Shown here piece by piece: positions 19,797-30,113 of a stretch of 64,000 nucleotides of DNA (position 1 is the stretch's first letter; every line of letters begins with the position of its first letter). Below the pieces are notes generated by a model. It saw only the letters and a program-made list of their open reading frames with translations, did not search any database and had not been told where the DNA came from. Made by a program: the position numbers and the translations under genes. The stretch comes from Acidobacteriota bacterium (GTDB lineage Bacteria; Acidobacteriota; Terriglobia; Versatilivoradales; Versatilivoraceae). The stretch is taken from contig QHZQ01000014.1 of the NCBI GenBank assembly GCA_003224725.1, positions 26,830-90,829 of the forward strand, in the 5' to 3' direction.

Positions 19797-21503
19797 ATGA
19801 AATTCAACAATAATTTTGCCGAGCAGGTAAAGGCGGCAGTCGACATTGTGCGAGTGATTTCGGAATATGTCCGCCTTCGCAAGGCTGGGGCGAATTACGT
19901 CGGACTGTGCCCCTTCCATTCAGAGAATACACCTTCCTTTCACGTACACCAAGCTCAGCAATTTTATCACTGTTTCGGTTGCAATGCAGGCGGCGATGTT
20001 TTCAAATTCATCCAGTCGGTCGAACGCATCACTTTTCCAGAGAGCCTGAAATTTCTGGCCGAAAAGTACGGAATCCCCATGCCCAAGGCCGATTTCAGCA
20101 AGGAACAGGACTCAACGGCCAAGGAACGTCTGACGCTTCTCGACATCAACCAGAAGGCGACCAAAGTTTTCAAACACCAATTGCGTCACAGCAGTGAGGG
20201 CAAGCAAGCCTTGCAATACTTGATGGAACGAGGCCTCTCCGAAAAAACCATCGACAAGTTTGATATCGGATACGCCCCTAGCAGTTCCAATATTATATTT
20301 CACTCGTTGAGCAAGGAATTTCCTTCGGATCTTCTGATTAAAAGCGGTCTGGTTCTGGTTAATGACTCCGACTCTCGATAAAGTGGGAAGATTATTGCTT
20401 TTGGTGGAAGAATTCTTGGAGAAGGCCAACCCAAATATCTGAATTCTCCCGAAACACTCCTGTATTCTAAGAGTCGAACACTTTATGGGCTCAATCAAGC
20501 TCGTGAAACCATGCGGCGCGAAGACTTCGCCATCCTGGTTGAAGGGTATATGGATTGTATTGCCTTACACCAGGCGGGCGTGACCAATGCCGTCGCATCC
20601 TGCGGCACAAGTCTCACGGACCTTCAGGCCAAGTTACTCTCCCGCTTTGCCGAGAAGATTGTTGTCAATTTTGATCCTGACTCTGCAGGGGCGGCTGCCA
20701 CCTTGCGCTCGCCCAATATACTCTTGGAGAAGAATTTTAGAATCAAAGCACTTGTTTTACCCGGTGGGGCAGACCCCGATTCTTTTGTTAAGAGAAACGG
20801 TGTTGAAGCATACCGTTCTCTCTTAGAGAGAGCCCCCTCCTATTTTGACTATTTGCTAGACAGGGCCCACAAAGACAATGATGTAAGAACCGTCGAGGGT
20901 AAGATTGCCGCCGTTAATATGATGCTTCCCTATTTGGTGCGAATCTCAAATCGTATCGAGAGAGTGGAACTTACGGCACGCCTTTCCGAATTCCTTGGTA
21001 TCGAAGAATCCATCCTCCGGGAGGAATTAAGAAATGCTACTCACCAAAATCGAGAAAAACTAGCAATTACTCGTTTCCGTGCAAAAACCGAGCTAAGGCC
21101 TTCGGAAAAATATCTTCTAAAGGCTATTTTGGAAAACGATCAGACGGCTGGAGAAGTGTTGCAGAAGCTGTCTATTTCCCAAGATTACATAGGATTGCAG
21201 TCGGAGAATATCTTTCGTGAGATTATTACAATGTATCACAAGGAGGGCAAAGTTAGCCTGAACGTGCTAGAGGAAAAGTTGCAAAGCGACCTTGATAAAG
21301 ATTTCTTGAATCAAGCCCTTTTCGTGGAACTGGACCACGAACAAGCGCTTCGTTGTCTTGAGGGGATACAAAGGCAAAAAGTCGAGCAGGAGATCGTTCT
21401 GCTCCAAAAACAGATAAAGCGAGCCGAACTTTCCCAGGACTTCGAGTTGCTAGCCAGCTTGCATTCCAAGAAATCTGAGCTCAAGCGAATGATGGCAAGT
21501 TAA
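19797..21503 (+). pseudogene. dnaG: DNA primase DnaG interrupted by an in-frame TAA at 20379-20381
   Basis: 19797..20381 encodes the zinc-binding domain (CPFHSENTPSFHV..CFGCNAGGD). The same frame continues after TAA as SGKIIAFGGRILGEGQPKYLNSPETLLYSKSRTLYGLNQA.. into the TOPRIM domain (EGYMDCIAL..), ending at 21503. The conserved ..YDRFRxRxMFPI.. linker seen in E. coli DnaG appears absent at the break. Confidence 0.85.
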
Positions 21504-21621
21504 TTGGCTTACACAAAAACAGGTTCAGCGAGGAGCTTCGGTTGTAAAACGAAACTTCGAAGTTGGAGGTAGAATAGTAGGTTTAAAATCACCAAAGGCG
21601 ACACAAGGAAATATCACAATT

Positions 21622-23364
21622 ATGTCAAATATTGAAGACAACGACACTTTAGACAATCTAGAACGAAGCTTAAACCTTGGTTTGGATGACAAATATGATG
21701 AAGTGAAACAGCTCATTGACATGGGAAAAGAAAAAGGGTACCTGCTTTATGATGAAGTCAATGACTTGTTGCCAGCTGACGTCACCTCATCCGATGAGCT
21801 GGATGACATGTTTTCCATTTTCAGATCTCAAGGGATTGAGGTGGTTGATGGAGAACCCAAAGCTGCTGGAGCGGAAAAGCTTGGCTATGATAAAGAAGCC
21901 AGCGAAGACGTGGAATTGGATTTGACTCCTGGTGCTCTTGACAAGACAAACGATCCTGTTCGTCTTTATCTCAGGGAAATGGGCACTGTCCCACTATTGA
22001 CTCGCGAGGGTGAAGTTGAAATCGCCAAACGGATTGAGAGAGGGCAATTGAATGTTCTAAAAGCATTGTTCCGCTCTCCGATTGTGATCAAAGAGATCAT
22101 TAATCTAGGAGTCCAGTTGCAGAAGGGCGAACGCTCCATCAATGATGTGATTATCTTCAACGACGATGTTCTTACCGATGATAAGGTAGACGATCGCTTG
22201 AAGGAGACGGTGCAAGCCATTGACGAGATTCAAAGACTGTTTAAGAAACAAAATCAATGGCTGCAGAAATTTCTAAACACACCCAAAACAAAGAAGGCTA
22301 AAGCTCATCGTAAGTTGCGATTCGCTCTGGCCCGACAGCGTATTCTTGTTTCACGAGCGGTTCGCAAACTGGAGTTTGCTCTCTCAGAGCGCAATAGATT
22401 GATTGACCAGATTCGTCGCCAATACGAGGCCTACCGGCCCTTAGAGAAGGAGATGGGGCGATTGGAAAGGAAGCTTGAGCATGCCAAAGGCAAAAACCTT
22501 AATGTTCTCAAGAAGGAGTTACGGGTCGTCAAAGAGAAGGTTGCTTCCATTGAAAACGAGTCTCAAACCAAAGGTATCGACCTGAAGCGAACACTCCAGA
22601 CTATCGACCGAGGAGATGCAGAGGCCAATTATGCCAAGCGGGAGTTGGTGGAGGCGAATTTGCGTCTGGTTGTTTCTATCGCCAAAAAGTATACCAACCG
22701 CGGTCTTCAATTCTTGGATCTCATTCAAGAGGGGAATATTGGGCTGATGAAAGCAGTGGATAAGTTCGAATACCGTCGTGGCTACAAGTTTTCCACCTAC
22801 GCCACATGGTGGATCCGCCAAGCCATCACCCGAGCGATAGCTGATCAAGCCCGAACCATCCGCATTCCAGTGCACATGATCGAAACCATCAACAAACTTA
22901 TTCGAACCTCTCGCAGCCTCGTCCAAGAATTTGGTAGGGAGCCCACTTCGGAAGAGATCGCGGCACGTATGGATATCCCGGTGCAAAAGGTGCGCAAGGT
23001 TTTCAAGATCGCTCAAGAGCCTATCTCTCTGGAGACGCCCATTGGTGAAGAAGAAGATTCGCACCTCGGAGACTTTATCGAGGATCGCCAGGTCGTTTCG
23101 CCTGCCGAGGCGGTTATAAACATCAACTTGAAAGAGATGACCGAGAGCGTGCTAAAAACCTTGACGCCCAGAGAGGAGAAAGTAATCAAGATGCGCTTTG
23201 GGCTCGACAATGGCAGCGATCACACTCTGGAAGAAGTCGGACAAAATTTTGCCGTTACTCGGGAACGGATCCGCCAAATCGAAGCCAAGGCCTTGAGAAA
23301 GCTTCGTCATCCGTCGCGCAGCCGCAAGCTCCGTCCTTTTCTTGACGGCTCGAACAAGGATTAG
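21622..23364 (+). CDS. rpoD: RNA polymerase sigma-70 factor RpoD
   Basis: Acidic N-terminal region 1.1; region 2 ([39 protein letters not shown]); region 4 [30 protein letters not shown]; 580 aa. Confidence 0.95.
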   Translation: MSNIEDNDTLDNLERSLNLGLDDKYDEVKQLIDMGKEKGYLLYDEVNDLLPADVTSSDELDDMFSIFRSQGIEVVDGEPKAAGAEKLGYDKEASEDVELDLTPGALDKTNDPVRLYLREMGTVPLLTREGEVEIAKRIERGQLNVLKALFRSPIVIKEIINLGVQLQKGERSINDVIIFNDDVLTDDKVDDRLKETVQAIDEIQRLFKKQNQWLQKFLNTPKTKKAKAHRKLRFALARQRILVSRAVRKLEFALSERNRLIDQIRRQYEAYRPLEKEMGRLERKLEHAKGKNLNVLKKELRVVKEKVASIENESQTKGIDLKRTLQTIDRGDAEANYAKRELVEANLRLVVSIAKKYTNRGLQFLDLIQEGNIGLMKAVDKFEYRRGYKFSTYATWWIRQAITRAIADQARTIRIPVHMIETINKLIRTSRSLVQEFGREPTSEEIAARMDIPVQKVRKVFKIAQEPISLETPIGEEEDSHLGDFIEDRQVVSPAEAVININLKEMTESVLKTLTPREEKVIKMRFGLDNGSDHTLEEVGQNFAVTRERIRQIEAKALRKLRHPSRSRKLRPFLDGSNKD

Positions 23365-23479
23365 CAGCTTGGCTTAGAGACTCGACGTTTACTCTAGCCG
23401 CCGCTGTTGGAAGACATGGGAGATAAGGCTGGGTCTATTGTCTTCGCGTGAGTTGCTGTTAGGGTTTGCTCGACACAAC

Positions 23480-23508
23480 TCGACAAACAACTAAGCGCGT
23501 GCTATATT
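23480..23508 (+). promoter_or_regulatory. putative sigma-70 promoter for tRNA-Met (TCGACA-N17-TATATT)
   Basis: -35-like TCGACA at 23480-23485 and -10-like TATATT at 23503-23508, about 15 nt upstream of the tRNA 5' end. Confidence 0.3.
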
Positions 23509-23522
23509 TCTCCCGTCTTTTG

Positions 23523-23596
23523 GGGCCCATAGCTCAGTTGGTTAGAGCCCCCGGCTCATAACCGGGCTGTCCTAGGTTCAAGTCCTAGTGGGCCCA
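23523..23596 (+). tRNA. tRNA-Met (anticodon CAU; elongator type or possibly tRNA-Ile2 if lysidinylated)
   Basis: Cloverleaf folded by hand: acceptor GGGCCCA/TGGGCCC, D-arm TAGCTCAGTTGGTTAGAGC, anticodon stem CCCGG/CCGGG with loop CTCATAA, T-arm CTAGGTTCAAGTCCTAG, discriminator A, CC encoded. G1-C72 paired, so not an initiator. Confidence 0.85.
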
Positions 23597-23623
23597 CCGA
23601 TCCTTTCGTCGGTTAAGCATGGA

Positions 23624-24352
23624 ATGCACCCAGATCTCGAAAAACTGATCCAGCTTCAAGAAGCCGAACTCCAAATCAAGAATTATTCCGACAGAATCGA
23701 ACAGCTTCCCAGGCATCTCGCTGCCCTTGAAGAAAAGCTGAGCGGGGCGCTCCAATCTCTAAGCAGGAGTCAGGAACGATTGGCGAAATTGGCTCTCGAG
23801 AAGCGAAAGTTGGAAGGAGTTATCCAGGACTTCGAGCAGAAGAATTCGAAATATCGAGAGCAACTTATAGACGTAAAAACCAATGAGCAGTACAAAGCCT
23901 TGCTCCATGAGATCGAGTTCAATACCAACCAGATTCGAAAGACTGAAGACGAGATCTTAACAAAAATGGAGGAAGAAGAGAAACTGCGAAGAGAACTGCA
24001 CCAGACGGAGCAGTTGCTCCAAAAAGAAAAAGCGATCGTCAATTCGGAAAAGAGAGCTGCCGAAGCAGAAGTGGAACAAGATAAATCCATTCTGGGAGAG
24101 TTGCAACTTCTACGCCAGAATTTGATTGAATCCGTTGTCCCCAGTGTGCTTGAGACCTATCACCGTATTGCCCGATTCCGCAAAGGAATTGCATTGGCTA
24201 GAGCGACTGGCGATTCTTGCCAGGTCTGCCACGTCCGAATTCGACCTCAAGTTCTCAGCCAGATAATGACCGGCGAATCCATTGTGACTTGCGATAGCTG
24301 CCAACGGATTCTCTATTGGAAGCCAGACGGTCCTTATGAAGTGTCTTCTTAA
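23624..24352 (+). CDS. coiled-coil protein with C-terminal C4 zinc ribbon (DUF164-like)
   Basis: Long heptad-rich helical region, then CQVCHVRI..VTCDSCQRIL zinc-ribbon. Start moved to MHPDLEKLIQ (23624) because the longer ORF overlaps the tRNA. Confidence 0.6.
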   Translation: MHPDLEKLIQLQEAELQIKNYSDRIEQLPRHLAALEEKLSGALQSLSRSQERLAKLALEKRKLEGVIQDFEQKNSKYREQLIDVKTNEQYKALLHEIEFNTNQIRKTEDEILTKMEEEEKLRRELHQTEQLLQKEKAIVNSEKRAAEAEVEQDKSILGELQLLRQNLIESVVPSVLETYHRIARFRKGIALARATGDSCQVCHVRIRPQVLSQIMTGESIVTCDSCQRILYWKPDGPYEVSS

Positions 24353-24378
24353 AATGTCATGGCAATCAGGAGAAATCG

Positions 24379-24939
24379 TTGAAAAGTTGCATTGCCTATA
24401 TTGACGGAGGTTCACGAGGGAATCCCGGTATCGCCGGTTATGGGGTACATCTGCTCGATGAGCAAGGGAAAACGCTGGCTAGTCTTTCCGAGAGGTTGGG
24501 GATCAGGACTAATAATTTTGCTGAGTATTCAGCCTTAATTGCCGCGCTGAGTTTTGCGGCGACCCATCAATATGAAAAGATAAAGGTTTATGCCGATTCA
24601 GAGCTATTGGTAAAGCAAATCAATGGAACTTACCGTGTCAGGAACCCTAGTCTAAGGAATCTCTACAATCGGGTCCAATCGCTCATCTCTGGTTTCAAGT
24701 CCTTCTCTATCCATCATGTTCCGCGAGAACAAAACCGCGAAGCCGACCGCTTAGCCAATCTCGCCATGGACCAAAATCATGCTCAGAAGGAAACGCGAAC
24801 TGAAAATCCAACTTTGCCTTCCAAAATCCTGGCTGTGTTTCAAGATGGCAGTTTTAGGCCTCTGCAGGCTCTTGACATCCCCGAAAATACGAGACTTTAC
24901 ATAAGAGTTGAATATGATGAGGGTTCTAGTCGAAAATAA
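24379..24939 (+). CDS. ribonuclease H-like (RNase HI family) protein with C-terminal extension
   Basis: AYIDGGSRGNPG..AEYSALIAAL..VYADSELLVKQI..HHVPREQNREADRLAN matches the D-E-D-D RNase HI catalytic layout. Confidence 0.7.
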   Translation: MKSCIAYIDGGSRGNPGIAGYGVHLLDEQGKTLASLSERLGIRTNNFAEYSALIAALSFAATHQYEKIKVYADSELLVKQINGTYRVRNPSLRNLYNRVQSLISGFKSFSIHHVPREQNREADRLANLAMDQNHAQKETRTENPTLPSKILAVFQDGSFRPLQALDIPENTRLYIRVEYDEGSSRK

Positions 24940-24988
24940 CGTGCGGCATTTTGACAAAGAATCGCGGGGGTGTTCTTGAGGAACCTTC

Positions 24989-25810
24989 TCAACTCGTCTC
25001 AAGAAACTCTAATTCTCTGAATGAATTTATCAATCGATATTCCCGCGCAAGTTTGTAAAACAAGACCAGTCCTTCAAGGTTTTCGCGGTCCAAGGAGTAA
25101 TCAATATTTTGGGTAAGATAGCTGAGCACTTGAGCTTCGGAGAGACCTAATTTCTTTGATTGTTCAGTGACAATGGCTTCTAATTGGGATTTCCCGTATT
25201 CATAAGAGTCTTGAAACGAGGAACAGTTCCGTGGTTGTGCAGAGCTTCGAACTGCCCAAAATGCGAAAACGAACGGCTTATGAGTCTGAGACAACCATTC
25301 GGTGGCGAGATCATAGGTGAATAACCCGTCAGTTTTTGCCTTTAAAGCGACATCGCCAATAATGAGCGCGGCGTCGTTAGCCTGGAGCATCGCATTTAAG
25401 TTAGGCGAGCGTGATTGAATGAAGGGCTCAGCTTTGAAGCGGCTTCGAAGCAAAATTTTCAGGAGACAGACCGAAGTTCTGGACGAACTGTCAGCAGCCA
25501 GGGTCTTGATATTCTTAGCGGGGACTTTACTTACCAGCAATACACTCTTGACCCTGAATTTTGAGGCAACGGATAGGCCGGGGATAATTTTCAAATCCGG
25601 AATTCGTTGATACTCAATGGTCGGTATAAGCCCTACGTCGACCTTTCCTTCCGCCAACAAATCGGCGCAGCGAGAAGGGGGGGAGAAATCTAACTCGAAA
25701 AGTTCCCGCTGTTGACCTCGAATAAATCCCCAGGACAAAGGCAAGGAATTTAAATAATAGACAATTGACAATTTCAATTTCGGCATGAAAAATTGTAACT
25801 TGTTTCTCAA
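24989..25810 (-). CDS. MqnA/MqnD-family (futalosine-pathway menaquinone biosynthesis, chorismate dehydratase-like) protein
   Basis: SBP-like fold signature LSIVYYLNSLPL, ..DVGLIPTIEY.., ..FVFAFWAVR.. typical of MqnA. Alternative start MPKLKL at 25786. Confidence 0.6.
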   Translation of the reverse strand: MRNKLQFFMPKLKLSIVYYLNSLPLSWGFIRGQQRELFELDFSPPSRCADLLAEGKVDVGLIPTIEYQRIPDLKIIPGLSVASKFRVKSVLLVSKVPAKNIKTLAADSSSRTSVCLLKILLRSRFKAEPFIQSRSPNLNAMLQANDAALIIGDVALKAKTDGLFTYDLATEWLSQTHKPFVFAFWAVRSSAQPRNCSSFQDSYEYGKSQLEAIVTEQSKKLGLSEAQVLSYLTQNIDYSLDRENLEGLVLFYKLAREYRLINSFRELEFLETS

Positions 25811-25913
25811 ATTTCGGGAAGGACCGGCGATAACCTGTGATTCCTGCTAGTGAGTTGAAAAAGAATCTCCTGTTTTGCACGGATTTTTTGTGTATAATGC
25901 CGTATGAAAGGAT

Positions 25914-27188
25914 GTGTTCGGGGGTTCGGTGTTAATGAATTATCGAAACAAATTTCTACTGATTGTTCTTTCAGCATTTTTAGTTTTCTATGCTGTGGTA
26001 GGAGGATTACTAGGCCGCGCCTCAGCCAAAGAGGGTGCATACACTCAGCTTTCCATATTCAATGAGGTCCTTTCCAAGATCAGAAATAGCTACGTGGAAG
26101 ACCCGAATCTATCTGAGGTGATGCATGGGGCTTTGCGCGGACTTTTGGAGTCCCTCGATCCTTATAGCACATTCCTCACCGCTGACGAGTACTCGCGCTA
26201 TAAGAAGTATAAAACCAATGGCAATGGCGATATCGGATTGGAACTCTCCAAAGAAAAAGTTTTGGGGTATGTTTATGTAATCCATCCTATTGAAGGGGGG
26301 CCAGGAGAAAAAGCAGGTGTGAAGGCCGGAGACGTCATCGAATCCATTGAAGAATTTTCTACCAGAGACATAAGTTTGGTCCAGGTTGGATACTTGCTAA
26401 CCGGCAACATAGGTTCACCGGTGAAGCTGAAGATTCTGCGTCGAGGAAGGACTGAACCTTTGGAGATGACAGTTCATCGCGATCAAATTAAAATCCCTCC
26501 AGTCAAGACCAACCTGATTGACAGCAAGATTGGCTATCTAAAAATCTATCGATTTACGCCTGGGACTAGCGAAGAGGTTCGGACAAAGTTGCAACATTTG
26601 ACAAAAAGCGGGGCCGGAAAAATTATCTTAGATCTTCGTCATTGTGCCGGAGACGAATTTGAAGAAGGTGTGAAAGTCGCCAATTTGTTTTTAGACCACG
26701 GGATCATCACCTACACCCAAGGCCAGAAATCCCCTAAGAGGGAGTTTGTTGCAGATCCTAGCAAAAGCATCTGCAAATTACCTTTAGTAATTTTGCAGAA
26801 CTACGGGAGTGCTTCCGCTGCAGAAATAGTCTCGGCCGCAGTTAAAGAAAATCGCCGTGGTGAAATTGTTGGAGTACGAAGTTTCGGAAAGGCTTCTCTG
26901 CAGAAACTATTCCCCTTGGAAAATGATTCGGCGATTTTGATATCTATTGCCAAGTTCTATTCCCAGTCAGGAAAGGTTATTCAGAACAATGGGATTGCTC
27001 CTGATTACGAGGTTCGAGACGGCGTTGATGCGTTTCAAGGAGATGTTGATTCTGAAGATGAGGAGGACTCCCAGAGAGATAATGCTCCCGGGACTAACAA
27101 ACCTGCTTCCGAGGAAGATCTCCAACTAAAAAAGGCGATCGAATTATTGAGTTCGTCTCGAGCGAGCGAGAGTCAGAAAGCCGCCTAA
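25914..27188 (+). CDS. ctpA: carboxyl-terminal processing protease (S41 family, PDZ domain)
   Basis: Signal/TM N-terminus; PDZ GGPGEKAGVKAGDVIESIEE; S41 catalytic region ..LQNYGSASAAEIVSAAVKENRRGEIVG..; 424 aa. Confidence 0.85.
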   Translation: MFGGSVLMNYRNKFLLIVLSAFLVFYAVVGGLLGRASAKEGAYTQLSIFNEVLSKIRNSYVEDPNLSEVMHGALRGLLESLDPYSTFLTADEYSRYKKYKTNGNGDIGLELSKEKVLGYVYVIHPIEGGPGEKAGVKAGDVIESIEEFSTRDISLVQVGYLLTGNIGSPVKLKILRRGRTEPLEMTVHRDQIKIPPVKTNLIDSKIGYLKIYRFTPGTSEEVRTKLQHLTKSGAGKIILDLRHCAGDEFEEGVKVANLFLDHGIITYTQGQKSPKREFVADPSKSICKLPLVILQNYGSASAAEIVSAAVKENRRGEIVGVRSFGKASLQKLFPLENDSAILISIAKFYSQSGKVIQNNGIAPDYEVRDGVDAFQGDVDSEDEEDSQRDNAPGTNKPASEEDLQLKKAIELLSSSRASESQKAA

Positions 27189-27220
27189 GCATTTCGGATG
27201 ACAAACCATTTGGCTTTCTA

Positions 27221-27247
27221 AGGGCAGTTTCGGCTGCCCTTTTTTGC
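27221..27247 (+). terminator. rho-independent terminator after ctpA
   Basis: AAGGGCAG-tttcgg-CTGCCCTT hairpin followed by TTTTTTG. Confidence 0.6.
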
Positions 27248-27323
27248 TGCCTACTAGAAAATGTGTCATTACCCAACCCATAGCTTCCGGATAGACCGCA
27301 GGCCGTATCTCATCTAATCCAAC

Positions 27324-29249
27324 ATGTTGATCACCCTTAGTCATATCGGCAAAAGTTTTGGCCCCATTTCATTGCTCAAAGACGTGTGCTTTCAATTAAA
27401 CGCTGGCGAGAAAGTTGGGCTGGTGGGAAGAAACGGCTCTGGAAAAACCACTTTGCTGCGTCTCATAAACGGCGACCTGGAAGCCGACCGTGGGCAGTTA
27501 TACAAACATCCTCAAGTAAAGATCGGTTTCATGCAGCAAATTCTCCTCTTCGATTCTGATAGGACCGTATTCGACGAGGCAGTCTTGGTTTTTTCAAGCA
27601 TTGAAGATTTGGGAAGGAAAATTGAAATTCTGGAAGGACAGATTGAGTCCAGGGTTCAGCAGACTGAACTGCGACCTTTGTTGGACCGCTATGCACAGCT
27701 TCAAACTCGGTGGGAAATGGAAGGCGGTTATTCCTATAAAGCCAAGACCAGATCCGTCCTGCGGGGACTGGGTTTTCAGGCAACGGACCTAGCTAGAAAC
27801 CTTTCTCAACTGAGTGGAGGAGAGCTCAATAGGCTGAATCTTGCAAAGCTTCTTCTTTCGAAGCCTACCTTAATGCTTCTGGATGAGCCAACGAGTCACC
27901 TGGACATCTCGGCTCTCCAATGGCTGGAGAATTTCCTGGTACAGTACCCCCATGCGTTCATTCTGATTTCTCACGATCGCTTTTTCCTTGACGCCACCGT
28001 CAATAAAATTTGGGAAATCGCTGATGGCAGAGTTGAAGAATTTTCTGGAAATTATTCCAGGTATGTCGGGGAGCGTGAAAATCGACTCCTTCTATCCAAG
28101 AAGGCCTATAAGCAACAGCAAGAGTTTGTTGAAAAGACCCAGGATTTCATTCGCCGCAACATCGCCGGACAAAATACAAAGCAAGCGCAATCACGACGCA
28201 AAGCGCTGGAAAGAATGGAACGGGTTCGACCTATCCAAAATGGCAAGTCGCAAGCAAAATTCCGTTTTGACGTTAATACTCAGAGTGGAAATCTGGTCAT
28301 TAAGATTTCGGATCTGGACATTGGTTACAAGGGGAAAACGCTTGCACGGAAGATAAACCTCAGCTTGTTTCGTGGCGAAAGGGTTGGTGTCGTTGGCCCC
28401 AATGGGTCGGGAAAGACAACTTTGCTAAAAACTATCCTCGGCTCACAAGCGCCCCTCAACGGACAAGTGCTTAGGGGCCGGAATGTCAAAATAGCTTTTT
28501 ATGATCAGACACTCTCCGACATCAATCCCAATTCAACGGTGCTGGAGGAAATGCGTTCGATTTCTCCCCTCGATACCGATGAAGCCCTTCGACGGTATTT
28601 GGCAAGATTCTTATTTTGCGGAGACGAAGTTTTCCAATTCGTTTCTTCGTTGAGCGGCGGCGAGAGGACTCGCTTGACACTGGCCAGACTGATATTTGGA
28701 AAAGCCAATACTTTGATTCTTGACGAGCCTACAAACCATCTTGATATACCTTCGTGCGAGGCTCTCGAAGCTGCTTTACAGTCTTTTTCAGGTACATTGC
28801 TCATCGTTTCCCACGATCGTTATCTCGTTAGCAGATTGGTCCAGCAGATTCTATATCTAGATGGGAGGGGAAACTTTCGGCATTTTGAGGGTACCTACGA
28901 CGAATTCCAGGCATCGATGGCAGACGAAAAAAGTGCGGTAGAGGATTACTCGCACTCCCGTGAGAACGAAAAAGCGGCAACAAATTGCAAGTCCTCCCCC
29001 TCACCGAGACTTAGCAAGAATCAGCGATGCAAAGTAGAGTCCCAATGCAGTTTTCTTGAACAGGAAATTCAGAGAGTCGAAGAACAGCTAGAAATCACCT
29101 CCAGGAAGTTAAGCGAACCCTCCATCGCCAAAGACCTGGCTCAGTTCAAGCAGTTCAGCGATCTTTATGAGGATTTAACTTCTCGTTTAGATCGATTGTA
29201 TTTGGAATGGGAAAGTTCCCTGGCGATTCTCGAAAGGCAAACCTGTTAG
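27324..29249 (+). CDS. ABC-F family ATPase (tandem ABC ATPase domains, EttA/YheS-like)
   Basis: Two Walker A motifs (GRNGSGKTT, GPNGSGKTT), two LSGGE signatures, inter-domain linker, C-terminal coiled coil; no TM domain; 641 aa. Confidence 0.9.
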   Translation: MLITLSHIGKSFGPISLLKDVCFQLNAGEKVGLVGRNGSGKTTLLRLINGDLEADRGQLYKHPQVKIGFMQQILLFDSDRTVFDEAVLVFSSIEDLGRKIEILEGQIESRVQQTELRPLLDRYAQLQTRWEMEGGYSYKAKTRSVLRGLGFQATDLARNLSQLSGGELNRLNLAKLLLSKPTLMLLDEPTSHLDISALQWLENFLVQYPHAFILISHDRFFLDATVNKIWEIADGRVEEFSGNYSRYVGERENRLLLSKKAYKQQQEFVEKTQDFIRRNIAGQNTKQAQSRRKALERMERVRPIQNGKSQAKFRFDVNTQSGNLVIKISDLDIGYKGKTLARKINLSLFRGERVGVVGPNGSGKTTLLKTILGSQAPLNGQVLRGRNVKIAFYDQTLSDINPNSTVLEEMRSISPLDTDEALRRYLARFLFCGDEVFQFVSSLSGGERTRLTLARLIFGKANTLILDEPTNHLDIPSCEALEAALQSFSGTLLIVSHDRYLVSRLVQQILYLDGRGNFRHFEGTYDEFQASMADEKSAVEDYSHSRENEKAATNCKSSPSPRLSKNQRCKVESQCSFLEQEIQRVEEQLEITSRKLSEPSIAKDLAQFKQFSDLYEDLTSRLDRLYLEWESSLAILERQTC

Positions 29250-29860
29250 GGTCCGAATTCTTTGATTTCTCTTACAATTTCCTTTGATGGATTTTGAGGA
29301 TCCTGGAATAATCTGATTGCGGCAACTCCTGTCGCGCCATTAAGCAGGCACTCTCCGTAATTGTCCCGATCCACCCCTCCCAGAGCAAACACTGGAATTT
29401 TCGCGGACCGGCATACCTCTCGTAGAGACTTAAGACCTACTGGATTGCCATAAACTGCCTTGGATGGAGTGAAGAAAACGGGCCCAAATGTGATGTAGTC
29501 TACACTTCCATCTTGAGTCTTCCTCACTTCCTGATATGAATGAGTTGAAATCCCGATAAGAAAATCCTGGCGAGAAACCTGGCCACGGATCTGACTTGGT
29601 GAGATCGAACTTTGCCCTAGATGAATCCCATCCAGACCAGCAGCCAAGGCTATATCCAATCGGTCGTTTACAAGAATCTTTGTGCTGCTATGGAGAGCGA
29701 TTGCGCGGGCCTCTGTGACCAATGAAAACAGTTGTCGAGCCGACAAATCTTTTTCTCGGATCTGGATAAAATCAACGCCAGCTTCGATCGCAATCTGAAT
29801 ATTTCTAAGGAGCGGAATGGGGCAGCTTCTACGGTCTGTGATGTAATAGGCCCAACCCAC
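29246..29860 (-). CDS. thiE: thiamine-phosphate synthase
   Basis: ..DFIQIREKDL.., ..GVDGIHLGQ.., ..ALGGVDRDN.. TMP-TENI motifs; 204 aa. Confidence 0.85.
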   Translation of the reverse strand: MGWAYYITDRRSCPIPLLRNIQIAIEAGVDFIQIREKDLSARQLFSLVTEARAIALHSSTKILVNDRLDIALAAGLDGIHLGQSSISPSQIRGQVSRQDFLIGISTHSYQEVRKTQDGSVDYITFGPVFFTPSKAVYGNPVGLKSLREVCRSAKIPVFALGGVDRDNYGECLLNGATGVAAIRLFQDPQNPSKEIVREIKEFGP

Positions 29861-29861
29861 T

Positions 29862-30113
29862 TTATTTGTGCTTCAGCTGGGAAACCGCCAGCTGAAAGTG
29901 CGTTGCTTCCCAGAAACCTAAGCCGATGTCTACGATGCCCAACCCTGAGACAGCCCCCCGAAAATAGTTGTTAAGCACAAATTCTCGGATGGATGGAAGG
30001 TAAGAAAGGAAGAGGTTATTTTCCCAATATTGGGACCATGGGAAGATGACCAGGAAAAAACCGAGTTCAAAGCAAAAAAAAATGAAAACGATGACCAAAA
30101 TCTTATTTGCCAT
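29862..30113 (-). CDS. hypothetical two-TM membrane protein (83 aa)
   Basis: Hydrophobic ORF whose start overlaps the TPR gene stop and which abuts the thiE start (apparent translational coupling). Confidence 0.35.
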   Translation of the reverse strand: MANKILVIVFIFFCFELGFFLVIFPWSQYWENNLFLSYLPSIREFVLNNYFRGAVSGLGIVDIGLGFWEATHFQLAVSQLKHK

